Positions 49,922-58,695 of a stretch of DNA of 64,000 bases are shown here, in pieces. Under the pieces are notes generated by a model, which worked only from the letters and a program-made list of their open reading frames with translations, made no database searches and had not been told where the DNA came from. The translations under genes and the position numbers were made by a program. The stretch is taken from NCBI GenBank assembly GCA_943348815.1, contig CALQYT010000003.1, positions 4,679-68,678 of the forward strand, in the 5' to 3' direction. Source of the stretch: Candidatus Nomurabacteria bacterium (GTDB lineage: Bacteria; Patescibacteriota; Minisyncoccia; Phycocordibacterales; SBAW01). Within the stretch, counting starts at the first letter, position 1. Each line of letters begins with the position of its first letter.

Positions 49922-50320
49922 ATGCGCATGGTAGCCGCCGCTTTGTATATTTTGGGGGGCACAATTGTGGGAGTAAGTATCGGATTGTGGTGTGCCAAAC
50001 CGCTCGCCTCCACTTATACTGACGATCAATTTCTACAAAAAAGAATCTCCCTAGACGACGCGCCGAGGTACGTATCTCTCACCGCGATTGTGGGGTCGAT
50101 CGACCGCAACGCACGCACCATTACCACACAGACAAAGGATCCTTATAGTAAAGAGCGTGTAGGGTTGGTAGTTGGGTACGACGCCAACACCACGGTATTC
50201 AATAACGGAGCCCAAAAATCAGCGGAGACGCTGCGCGCTGGCGACACCATCATTCTTACGGTGGCCCGGACCAGCGGCGTCCTGTATGCCTTTAGTATTG
50301 TTAAGCGCTCATATTTATAG
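49922..50320 (+). CDS. Membrane-anchored small beta-barrel (DUF5666-like) protein
   Basis: N-term TM; VGSIDRNARTITT..DPY..TTVF..LRAGDTI; TATACT 7 nt before ATG. Confidence 0.65.
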   Translation: MRMVAAALYILGGTIVGVSIGLWCAKPLASTYTDDQFLQKRISLDDAPRYVSLTAIVGSIDRNARTITTQTKDPYSKERVGLVVGYDANTTVFNNGAQKSAETLRAGDTIILTVARTSGVLYAFSIVKRSYL

Positions 50321-50322
50321 TC

Positions 50323-50763
50323 ATGCAGACGTTAAAATACGGACTCGGATTACTAGCGGGGGCAGGAGTCATATCTTTTGTTCTGTTCATGGCCTTCGAA
50401 AATTACTACACCTATATACGAGTGCAGGGACAACTGCATAGACTTGAGGCATCACTCTCAGTCGCCCGGATACTCACGTACGGTATTGTTGATTCTGTCG
50501 ATATATCAAAAAAAACACTCACCGTTCGTATGCCAGACCCGTATGAAGACGGGGCGCAACGACTGGTTGTGATATATCTGTTGCCGGAAACCTATATAGC
50601 CCGACAGACACTACTTGGTGACAAAAAGATGTATACCGGTCTCTCCCCCCAGACACCCACACCGCTTGCGGACATTGCCCCTGGTGAGCGAGTCGCCGTA
50701 TTTGTGCAGCAAAATAACGAGCGATTTGTGGCACTAATCGTACTAGTCGGCAATCCACTATGA
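50323..50763 (+). CDS. Membrane-anchored small beta-barrel protein, paralogue of the preceding gene
   Basis: N-term TM; GIVDSVDISKKTLTV..DPY..ETYI..IAPGERVAV. Confidence 0.7.
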   Translation: MQTLKYGLGLLAGAGVISFVLFMAFENYYTYIRVQGQLHRLEASLSVARILTYGIVDSVDISKKTLTVRMPDPYEDGAQRLVVIYLLPETYIARQTLLGDKKMYTGLSPQTPTPLADIAPGERVAVFVQQNNERFVALIVLVGNPL

Positions 50764-51392
50764 GTGCTCATATCCTACCGGCCTTTGACTCTCCCCAAGC
50801 GCTCAAACCGTTCTTTCCCACAGAAAAAGAGCCTTGGGAAACACTGCCCTTGTTTGTCAAGAAAAAAAACGTCCAATTACTGTTGGGCGTCTTTCCTCTG
50901 TGGACACAGCTTGAGCGTTCTTTTTCTCGTACCGTTCGAACGCTTGGTGTGCCGGTGCTGTCCCTACCCTCGGAACGTATAGCGCTCGTTCCTACACTTG
51001 TCCGCGACCTGCCTGTAGGAAAAATAGTGGCGACAAGCCGCGACCTCCCCGCACTCGAGCGTATGAGTAGCACTCATGCCCCTATGCGCGATCTTATATT
51101 CCACATCGTCCTTACTCCCGAGGAACGTCCAATAATCTCGAGTCTCCAGATTGTTTTTGAAGTCCATCTTGTGCCCGGTGCGGTTGGGCTTTTCCAGTGC
51201 GAAGCACTCGCGAGCAAAAAAGAACTTCTGTTTCACCTGAGTAGCCGTTTTTACTGGGAGTTTGAGGACCAAACACTACTAGTTACCGATGACGCTCGTA
51301 CGGCTCGGTTTTCCCAAGCCCCGCTGCCTCTCCATTACAAAAAAAGAAACGCTCCGTGTCCGTGTGGACACCAGGTAGTCTTGCTTATATGA
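50760..51392 (+). CDS. Degenerate/truncated PaaK-like (ANL) protein
   Basis: FQC...FHL..RFYWE...LLVT...PCPCG resembles the PaaK central region, but TSGTTG, YG.xE and TGD are absent; ATGA-coupled on both sides. Confidence 0.6.
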   Translation: MSAHILPAFDSPQALKPFFPTEKEPWETLPLFVKKKNVQLLLGVFPLWTQLERSFSRTVRTLGVPVLSLPSERIALVPTLVRDLPVGKIVATSRDLPALERMSSTHAPMRDLIFHIVLTPEERPIISSLQIVFEVHLVPGAVGLFQCEALASKKELLFHLSSRFYWEFEDQTLLVTDDARTARFSQAPLPLHYKKRNAPCPCGHQVVLLI

Positions 51393-52588
51393 CGGAACTC
51401 GAAAAAGCTTGCACAGCCGCCGACAGAGCCCGGAGTAACCGCTGCTCCTCTTTTTATCGCGATCTCTATCAAGGATTGGCCCAACCTATTACTCCCGAGC
51501 AATGGACCCAAGTCCCCTTCCTTACTAAATCAGACATACTGCGAGTGCCTTTTATGCAGCGATTATTTGTCCCGTGGGAGAAGGTCGATACTATTGCACT
51601 TACGTCGGGGACTACGGGGAGCGGAGTATGCATACTGCCTCGACGGTTTTCTTTAGACTTGCCCTCGGATTTTCCGTATTACAAAGATCATCGGTTAATG
51701 ACCTTCTACTACTACTCCTATCGAATCCGTGCCGAATCAAAAACAATTTCTGGCGATCAGACTCGCTATGAGGCGAGCGCACAGCTTGCGGCACAAGCAG
51801 GCGTGGACGCACTCCACGGATCAATATCGCAATTGATAGCATTTGCTCCTCATGCAAAACGTGCGGGCCTCATTTCGAACATTCGCGCGCTATGTTCGAC
51901 CGGGGAGAGGATAAGCAAGCTCCAGCTCAATACCATACGCACTCTCTATCCTGGTGCCGAATTGCGCACGGTGTATGGTATGCAAGAAGTAAGTGTGGCC
52001 GGCTACTCTCCTCTCGTGCCACGGCCCGATCGCCCGCTCGCAGTAAAGCTCGTCCCCCACTATTATTTTGAAATACTGACTGAAGAAGGCCTTGTGGCGG
52101 ACAGCGGCACCGGCGAGCTGGTAGTGACCTCGCTTGAGGAAGATCCTTTCCCACTGATGCGCTATCGTACGGGCGATAAAGTCTCTGTGTTCGAAGACCG
52201 GGGCGAAAGACTTTTGGAGCCTCTCTCGCGGGTTGAAGAAGAACGGGTCCGTATCGGAGGAGGAGAGATAGTGTTGGACGAATTAGAGCGAGCTATTACT
52301 AAAACATTTGGAGAAAGTGTCGCCGACTTTGAGTGCACGGTAAAAGAGACTCTAGACGGAGAGACTATTCGTAGTGGCCTTGATCTGACCTTGTTTATAA
52401 AAAACAATCCTCCCCCGTGGTCGTCTACCGATGCAGCGCTCAAGCTCGCCACCGAGCTTCAGGCTAATCAACAGCGTACCTATCTTGACGGTATAGTGGC
52501 GGGACTCTATACCCCCATTACTTGCAGCTTCATGCTAGTGGGAGGCACACAGCTCCAAAAAAGGCGCCATCTAAGGGACGGGCGATAA
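51389..52588 (+). CDS. Phenylacetate-CoA-ligase-like adenylate-forming enzyme
   Basis: SFYRDLY, VPFLTKSD, TSGTTG, STGE, VYGMQEV, GELVVTSL, PLMRYRTGD, SR..ERVRIGG, terminal K.R...D.R. Confidence 0.9.
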   Translation: MTELEKACTAADRARSNRCSSFYRDLYQGLAQPITPEQWTQVPFLTKSDILRVPFMQRLFVPWEKVDTIALTSGTTGSGVCILPRRFSLDLPSDFPYYKDHRLMTFYYYSYRIRAESKTISGDQTRYEASAQLAAQAGVDALHGSISQLIAFAPHAKRAGLISNIRALCSTGERISKLQLNTIRTLYPGAELRTVYGMQEVSVAGYSPLVPRPDRPLAVKLVPHYYFEILTEEGLVADSGTGELVVTSLEEDPFPLMRYRTGDKVSVFEDRGERLLEPLSRVEEERVRIGGGEIVLDELERAITKTFGESVADFECTVKETLDGETIRSGLDLTLFIKNNPPPWSSTDAALKLATELQANQQRTYLDGIVAGLYTPITCSFMLVGGTQLQKRRHLRDGR

Positions 52589-52604
52589 ATGCTAGTATAT
52601 AGAT

Positions 52605-52805
52605 ATGGAGCTTACTAAAACACTTTCTCTTTTGCCTCTACTGGCGATCGCAAGTATGTTGTTGGTTGGCCGAATTATGTGGACTCCCGAACACGTTTCT
52701 CTCGCTCCTACCGCCCTTGCTCTTGCCGAACAGCCGGGACCGACATGCGATCTTCCCACTCAAGAGAGCACCATTCTTTTTGTCGGTTGCGGGGGGTTTT
52801 TCTGA
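52605..52805 (+). CDS. 66-aa peptide with hydrophobic N-terminus and C-terminal FVGCGGFF (candidate modified-peptide precursor)
   Basis: TAGTAT 6 nt before ATG; fills the gap exactly between the ligase and the next gene; signal/anchor helix. Confidence 0.7.
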   Translation: MELTKTLSLLPLLAIASMLLVGRIMWTPEHVSLAPTALALAEQPGPTCDLPTQESTILFVGCGGFF

Positions 52806-52808
52806 CCT

Positions 52809-53297
52809 ATGGCTCGCATCATAAAGCGATCTCAAAAAAACAAGAAGCCGCGGGTATTTAGCTTCCGTGTGGGAGACGGACACACCGCGAGCGAGCTTTT
52901 GCACGCCGGTCGTTACAACTGGATAGGCGACGTCGTGCGGGAGTTTACCGAATCAAAACAATTCAGAATAGACCCTGAGCCTAAAAAGATCGAGTTGGAG
53001 TTGGTTGAGTTAGACTACGACCCGACCACCACGCAGGTACTCAAAGAATTTAAAAAAAGAGGCCTGGTAGAGCCGACCGAGGAGGACGCCCTTCGATTTG
53101 GAAAAAAATATCCAGATCTCCAACACAAATTTCCTATTGTGTTTCTCAACGCTCACCACCCCTGGCTCGTCGATCGGGGCCTTCCTCGAGTCATTGTACT
53201 GCGACGCTTTTCAGGCGGACGTGGAATCGTAGGATACTGGCTGCAGAGTGGATGGTTTCGTCATTACCGTTTTGCCGGGCGTCGAATACACAAATAA
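52809..53297 (+). CDS. Hypothetical protein
   Basis: 162-aa ORF starting 3 nt after the peptide gene; RGL..P..EDALRFG..YPD.Q..FPIV.L...W...RF pattern. Confidence 0.7.
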   Translation: MARIIKRSQKNKKPRVFSFRVGDGHTASELLHAGRYNWIGDVVREFTESKQFRIDPEPKKIELELVELDYDPTTTQVLKEFKKRGLVEPTEEDALRFGKKYPDLQHKFPIVFLNAHHPWLVDRGLPRVIVLRRFSGGRGIVGYWLQSGWFRHYRFAGRRIHK

Positions 53298-53302
53298 TTT
53301 CA

Positions 53303-53330
53303 TTGACTTTTTAGCTCTTGGCCGTATAGT
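53303..53330 (+). promoter_or_regulatory. Sigma70-like promoter
   Basis: TTGACT-16-TATAGT upstream of the Bug/TctC gene. Confidence 0.6.
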
Positions 53331-53377
53331 CGGAATGGGTTCTGTTGCCCAAGAAGACAAGAAGGGAAGAGGTCTAA

Positions 53378-54268
53378 ATGTGGAAGATTGTTTTGGGACT
53401 GTGTCTTGCCGTGGCAGGGGTAACGTCTGCCGCAGCAGACCCGTATCCAACCAGGCCCATTCGGATCATCGTACCGTATGGGCCGGGGGTTGCCCCCGAC
53501 GTCATCGTGCGGCTCTACGTCGACGTGATGAAAAGCTCGGGGATACACTTCTTCATCGAAAACCAGCCTCAGGCGTATGGAGTGGTGGGGACCCGCAATC
53601 TCTATCACGCCGAGCCGGACGGCTATACGATGGGAGTCATCTCTGCGAGCCTGCTGTACCCGCACAAAGAGTACGACGCTCAAAGGTTTGAGTACGTGAG
53701 CGTCGTATCGCGTGACAAAATGTTCCTGGTAGTACCAAGCGCCTCACCGGTGCGGACGCTCCAAGAACTTATCGCGAGCGTACCCAAAAACTACAGTGCC
53801 CCCAATCCTGGGGCACAGCGTTTTGCGGCGGAGTTTATGCGCGTAACCGGGCTCACTGCCGTACAACTTCCCTACCGAGGGGGTTCTGCGGCGGCGGTGC
53901 TCGACCTTAAGGTCGGACGCGTCGACTACACCTTCCTCTTCGGTTTCCAGGTCAAACAGGGAATCGATGAGGGAATCTTGCGCCCGCTTGCGGTGGTGGA
54001 CCCGGAACGAAGCTTGTTCATCCCGGAAGTACCAACAATGAACGAGGCGCTCCTCAAAGCCGGCCGGTCTACACTGCCGGTGCGCTATATACAAATGGGG
54101 GTGGTGTTTCCTCCGGGTACACCTCCGACGTACGTACAAAAACTGGCGCAACTTATTTGTACGGCATCGCGCGACGAGGAGTTGCGCGAAAGGCTCCGAA
54201 AAACGTGGGTGGAAGCGATCTGCTCTACCCCAAAGGAGTACCGCGCTTTTGCGTCTGGCTTCCAATGA
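53378..54268 (+). CDS. Bug/TctC-family tripartite tricarboxylate transporter substrate-binding protein
   Basis: Signal peptide, YPTRPIRIIVPYGPG..PD, IENQP, AEPDGYT, PYRGG, LRPLAV, PEVPTMNE, PPGTP. Confidence 0.9.
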   Translation: MWKIVLGLCLAVAGVTSAAADPYPTRPIRIIVPYGPGVAPDVIVRLYVDVMKSSGIHFFIENQPQAYGVVGTRNLYHAEPDGYTMGVISASLLYPHKEYDAQRFEYVSVVSRDKMFLVVPSASPVRTLQELIASVPKNYSAPNPGAQRFAAEFMRVTGLTAVQLPYRGGSAAAVLDLKVGRVDYTFLFGFQVKQGIDEGILRPLAVVDPERSLFIPEVPTMNEALLKAGRSTLPVRYIQMGVVFPPGTPPTYVQKLAQLICTASRDEELRERLRKTWVEAICSTPKEYRAFASGFQ

Positions 54269-54287
54269 TATGAACCATCCGAACTTG

Positions 54288-54312
54288 ACCGGCCCCACTA
54301 GGGCCGGTTTTT
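54288..54312 (+). terminator. Intrinsic terminator
   Basis: ACCGGCCC-CACTA-GGGCCGGT-TTTT. Confidence 0.75.
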
Positions 54313-54335
54313 GTACCCTGTAGTAGAGTAGGCAT

Positions 54336-55895
54336 ATGCGTACGATTTTCTATACGGCCACGCTTGGTTTTATTGCTTTGGCAGCCTGGCTTATTTTTAA
54401 CAAACAACACGCAGCTGCTTTTTTTTCAGATGTCTTGGAAGCACAGCGTATCTCGGAGACTGTCTCCGTGGGAGGTAGTCCGTACCAAGTGAAAGACGGC
54501 AATGTGTGGCAAAAAGACCGAGTCATTACCGGAGAAGAAGCACTCCCCATTCTTAAACTTACCTACGCGCTCACGCTCGCAAAGCGACACCCTCTTTTTT
54601 CGCTTGAAGGCAGCGACCCATGGGTGCTTGCCACCGCCACCGAAATGCTTGCCCGCGTCCAAGAAGGATACGTCGAGCTCCAATCGACGGCAGCGGAGCA
54701 GGCCTTAGTCCGCAATCTATATCCTATTAATTTTTTGAGCAACGAAGCTCAGACAGAAATTGCCCGCCGCGCCTTCATAGAGTCCCCATCGGACCGAACA
54801 TACCAACGGTACGACGCATCACTCACCCGGACACTCGTGGCGTATAAAAAAGATTTGTCCGTATTTCGAACTGCCTTTACCAAAGCGGTACCTTCCTTGC
54901 ACCGATCTTACTTCACTCTCGAGGGCATCACCGGAACGAGCAGCGCAATCGCATCACTCGATAGTTTGGCCTTGGGTGCACAAAAAACTGCTGCTCTACT
55001 CGATCGACGGACACAATGTCTACGAGACGCAACGTATCTATGTGACTCTCAAGATATACAACTCCCGCAACTGTATGCCCCCGAATCCGCCGCGGTGTCC
55101 AGCAATGCTCCACCCGCAGTGAGTTCTGTCGTTAATGAATATAAGCTTCAACGAACGAGAACATCTCCTGCTATAATCGTGGCCCTCGCACAGAGCGACT
55201 GCGCGCGCGGCCTTGCCGCGCCATATTATTTTGCAGTATATGAGGAGCGACCTTTGCGGTTGAGCGCCATCGATTTTATTAATGACATTCTTTTTCTTCC
55301 GATACGCGATGGGGGAGAAGATTCACTTTTCCATTATTTTATGAGTCGAGGAGCATCCTACTTTCCTCTCGTGCCTACGGCTCCCTACCAGTGTCCATCA
55401 GCGGGAAGCGACTTTAGTCGTATCTACGCGACCCTACAGGTCGCACGCACTCTAGGAAAACAGCCGGGGGTATTATCGGAAGATGACGTTATATCCTCGT
55501 TCAAAACAGCCTTAGACCACGCGGAGACAAACGGCGGTACGCAAAAAGACACGCTCACGGCACTTACTCTGATGCTCCACGACAAAAGTGCTGGGCTAGA
55601 TTGGTTGGTAGAAGAGATAGCGCGCTTTGGGGAAACCAACTTGCGAATGAAGCAGGGCGGTGTACCTATAGCGACAGCTCCGGACTTTTTGTTTCTTGCT
55701 GAAAGTAGTTTCTTTTCTCTGTTTCAGGGGTATAACCTTTCGGTAGGTCAAGGGGTTGGGGTATCTCCCGCGACCGCCGACCCACTCAGACAATACCAAA
55801 AAAACATACACTCGTGGCTCAAAGCGTCGGACGCCACCCGTGATGAAATGAACGTGAGTTTGCGTTTATTTGTTTCGATACATAAACAAATATAA
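54336..55895 (+). CDS. Membrane-anchored hypothetical protein
   Basis: N-terminal TM, 519 aa, TAGAGT 6 nt before ATG. Confidence 0.75.
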   Translation: MRTIFYTATLGFIALAAWLIFNKQHAAAFFSDVLEAQRISETVSVGGSPYQVKDGNVWQKDRVITGEEALPILKLTYALTLAKRHPLFSLEGSDPWVLATATEMLARVQEGYVELQSTAAEQALVRNLYPINFLSNEAQTEIARRAFIESPSDRTYQRYDASLTRTLVAYKKDLSVFRTAFTKAVPSLHRSYFTLEGITGTSSAIASLDSLALGAQKTAALLDRRTQCLRDATYLCDSQDIQLPQLYAPESAAVSSNAPPAVSSVVNEYKLQRTRTSPAIIVALAQSDCARGLAAPYYFAVYEERPLRLSAIDFINDILFLPIRDGGEDSLFHYFMSRGASYFPLVPTAPYQCPSAGSDFSRIYATLQVARTLGKQPGVLSEDDVISSFKTALDHAETNGGTQKDTLTALTLMLHDKSAGLDWLVEEIARFGETNLRMKQGGVPIATAPDFLFLAESSFFSLFQGYNLSVGQGVGVSPATADPLRQYQKNIHSWLKASDATRDEMNVSLRLFVSIHKQI

Positions 55896-56372
55896 TACGA
55901 AAGCGCCAAGCAATGCTCCCAAGAGCCCACTTGCGATTACAAACAGGTACGCAAGCGGAACCGTTTGAGATACTGTAAAAGGAAAAACAGCGGCAGCAAT
56001 CTCGTCTCCGGTAACGGTTCTGAAACTCACCTGAAGCGAATACGATCCTCCTTGTTCAAAAGTATAGAGCAACGTGGTGGGCCCGAGCGGTTGGCGTCGG
56101 ATACCTGTTGCAAGTAGAGTATTTTTGTCCTGCGAAACGACGCGTGTCCATACCTCGTCAAATTTGGCCGGCTTTGTTTTAACGGTATCACTCCAGAGAC
56201 TAAAATCGAACCGCGCGCTTTGTCCCGCTGTAATACTGATTGGATCGTACCCAACATCAATGAAGTAGGTAGTACCTACTGGCTGCTCCCACGAAGCGCC
56301 AGTGCTATGAGCACTCACATACAAAGGAGCGCACAAAAGAGCAGCTGCAACGAGAGAGAAAATTATATTCAT
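55866..56372 (-). CDS. Secreted beta-sandwich protein with predicted N-terminal His and C-terminal TM
   Basis: Signal ..YVSA|HSTG, IDVGYDP, GSYSLQVSF, C-terminal TM; ATGA overlap with the upstream gene. Confidence 0.75.
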   Translation of the reverse strand: MNIIFSLVAAALLCAPLYVSAHSTGASWEQPVGTTYFIDVGYDPISITAGQSARFDFSLWSDTVKTKPAKFDEVWTRVVSQDKNTLLATGIRRQPLGPTTLLYTFEQGGSYSLQVSFRTVTGDEIAAAVFPFTVSQTVPLAYLFVIASGLLGALLGAFVLYLFMYRNK

Positions 56373-57526
56373 AAACTTGACCATACGGCCCAGGCTGCTT
56401 CGCACGACTGGGTAGCCAACGGAGCCAGCACACACGAAGTTTGGATTTTTTCCTTAGACCAAAAGTCGGCCAGTTGTTGAAACGCCGCTTCAAAACAGTG
56501 TGTGTGCCACTCGTCCGGCAGCACCTTGCTCGAGCAAAAGGCGTACGCACCTTTTTGTTTATCGTCCGGTGTCCCTGCTTGTACGAGCCCACTTACGTAG
56601 GAACCTAAGCAATATTCTTGCAAGTCGGGGGCAAGCCCCAAACAGGCCGGGACCGCCTGGGCTGCAGTATTGAGCTGCCGCGCAAACATAGCTGCAAAGG
56701 TAGAGATTGTTCGCTGCAGATACTTGCTCGGTGTGTAGCGATACGCCAAATCAATTGCCTCTTGTAGTGTTTTGTCCGGAGTGAGGTTAAACACCACCGA
56801 AGCTAAGTTGGCGTAACACTCCTCCGGCACGCCGTCTGCGCCCAACTCTCTACAGATTTTAAAAGGGTCTTGTTTATCTATCTTTTTTGCATAGTTTTCA
56901 TCATACGAAATGCCGTTGTATGCGCCGCCAGCACATTTAACGAAATCCTCGTCGGTCTCCGCCGCCTGACGACACAAAGAAAGAGTCTGCTGCACTATTG
57001 CCACTGGGTCGCTCCACTCCCGGACGTCGTGGTGTATCACCGAACCATGTCCTACGCCGTGGAAGCATGCAGCACGGGAATAACTTTTTTGTCCGTTGGA
57101 GTCGTCACCTTGCATGGTGGTGCAAAACTCGCCTATCTCCTTGCCTACCTCTTTGCGGTTGCCTGACTCAAATAAAAATTCAGTGACAAATCCGTGGAAG
57201 AAACCAAAATCACAGACCTGCATATCGGGTGTAAAGGAGAGCCTCTCGCCTGCTTTAAACGATGTATAGGCTCGCTCCCCCACTTGGTGCGCAAAGGCGT
57301 GGCACATCTGTATAAAATCAGGCGACTGTTTCGAAAATATTTGGAGCTGTTGCAGAGCTTGAGGTATCTTATCTTCGACAAGCAGCTCCGAGACGGCAGA
57401 GTTCCAACATTGATACTTTGCGGAGAGACTTCCGCTGCACGTAACACTCCCTTGGGAAGCAAACACCCACCCACCCAACCCAACCCCCACTAACATAACC
57501 GGGACCATCCAAAACACTTTCTTCAT
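56369..57526 (-). CDS. Secreted His/Cys-rich repeat protein (paralogue 2)
   Basis: CHAFAHQVG, CDFGFFHG, CFHGVGHG, CAGGAYN. Confidence 0.85.
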   Translation of the reverse strand: MKKVFWMVPVMLVGVGLGGWVFASQGSVTCSGSLSAKYQCWNSAVSELLVEDKIPQALQQLQIFSKQSPDFIQMCHAFAHQVGERAYTSFKAGERLSFTPDMQVCDFGFFHGFVTEFLFESGNRKEVGKEIGEFCTTMQGDDSNGQKSYSRAACFHGVGHGSVIHHDVREWSDPVAIVQQTLSLCRQAAETDEDFVKCAGGAYNGISYDENYAKKIDKQDPFKICRELGADGVPEECYANLASVVFNLTPDKTLQEAIDLAYRYTPSKYLQRTISTFAAMFARQLNTAAQAVPACLGLAPDLQEYCLGSYVSGLVQAGTPDDKQKGAYAFCSSKVLPDEWHTHCFEAAFQQLADFWSKEKIQTSCVLAPLATQSCEAAWAVWSSL

Positions 57527-57540
57527 CTCTACACTATATC

Positions 57541-58695
57541 TCAACATGACGGTTGATACTGGGCCGGAAGCAACCTACAGAAGCCTCCTCGACCCTGCGC
57601 ATCTCCAAACAACTGTCGTGCGTCGCGCGCCAAACCACTGTAACATTCTTGGGCGACGCTTCCCTGCGCTCGGGCACAAAAAGAAACCGCCTCTGCTGCT
57701 GCCGATCGACTCTCCTCGACTATTGCCTGCGCGCTGCCTTCATAACACATCCCTTGCCAAGCCACAGGAAAATTATCACACGCATGCTGTGCCTCTGTTG
57801 CATCACCAAGTGACAGGCGACCGATAATCGCAGAGATGCCCCGCCAGCAGTACTCCTCTTCTTGCGCATTAGGATAGCCCGAGCAGTACGCCTGCACGCC
57901 TATACCACGCAGCAACTCTTCGCGGAAGAGCGGCCAGCTTTCTTCCCTGCACGAGCCGATATACTCAGGATCTTTAAACGTCGCACAAAACTGCCGCACC
58001 GTTGTTTTGGTCGGTTTTGTTTTCATCCGAGCAATCAACTGATAGTCATCGGGCTCAAGCGGTTGATAAATTTGCATAAACACGCCTTGGATACAGACCC
58101 GCTGCGCGTCTTTAGGAAGGGTCCGGCGGCACAAATCGAGCGCCTGCGGCAAATTGGCATCGGTAATAAAGTCGTATAAGTGCCCCATGCCGTGCTCGCA
58201 CACCGCTTGGTCAAAGGGTGTGGGCTGCCACCCTGCGTGCGGTTTGCAGGCGAGAGAGAAATCAGGGATTAGTTTTTCTATGGTGGCCACATCCAGCACT
58301 TCGGAGCGGAAGCGTCCGCCCACCACACCATGCAGGTACCCGTTCGAACAAAGACTGTCGGGCGGATTATACGCTAAATCATCGAGCCATCTTGTAGGAT
58401 CTTCGGCCACTACCCGCTCGCCTATTTTGTGCCCAAGCACATGACAAAATTGATAGCTCGGATCTTGCGCACGCAACGCTCGTACCACGTCAAAAAGCTG
58501 CGCCACCCCGTGCTGTGGGTATAGTTGTGGCACCAACGATTCGTAACACACCTCATGTGTCTTTTCTTTGGCACATTGCGCGGCAAACCCGGCAGCGACC
58601 GCGCGCGCGTCAAACGCGCTTGCCTTGAGAATGGAGAGGGTTGCTCCACCGCATAATATAAGTATCAAGGCGAGGACGGCAATTTTTAGACGCAT
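57541..58695 (-). CDS. Secreted His/Cys-rich repeat protein (paralogue 3)
   Basis: CHVLGHKIG, CSNGYLHG, CEHGMGH, CIQGVFMQ. Confidence 0.87.
   Translation of the reverse strand: MRLKIAVLALILILCGGATLSILKASAFDARAVAAGFAAQCAKEKTHEVCYESLVPQLYPQHGVAQLFDVVRALRAQDPSYQFCHVLGHKIGERVVAEDPTRWLDDLAYNPPDSLCSNGYLHGVVGGRFRSEVLDVATIEKLIPDFSLACKPHAGWQPTPFDQAVCEHGMGHLYDFITDANLPQALDLCRRTLPKDAQRVCIQGVFMQIYQPLEPDDYQLIARMKTKPTKTTVRQFCATFKDPEYIGSCREESWPLFREELLRGIGVQAYCSGYPNAQEEEYCWRGISAIIGRLSLGDATEAQHACDNFPVAWQGMCYEGSAQAIVEESRSAAAEAVSFCARAQGSVAQECYSGLARDARQLFGDAQGRGGFCRLLPAQYQPSC

Noticed and set aside
50760-52588. Phenylacetate catabolism (paaK)
   Set aside because: No other paa genes, divergent substrate region and an unrelated context; the symbol was withheld.
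52809-53297. Diversity-generating retroelement target
   Set aside because: No reverse transcriptase and no template/variable repeat pair noticed.
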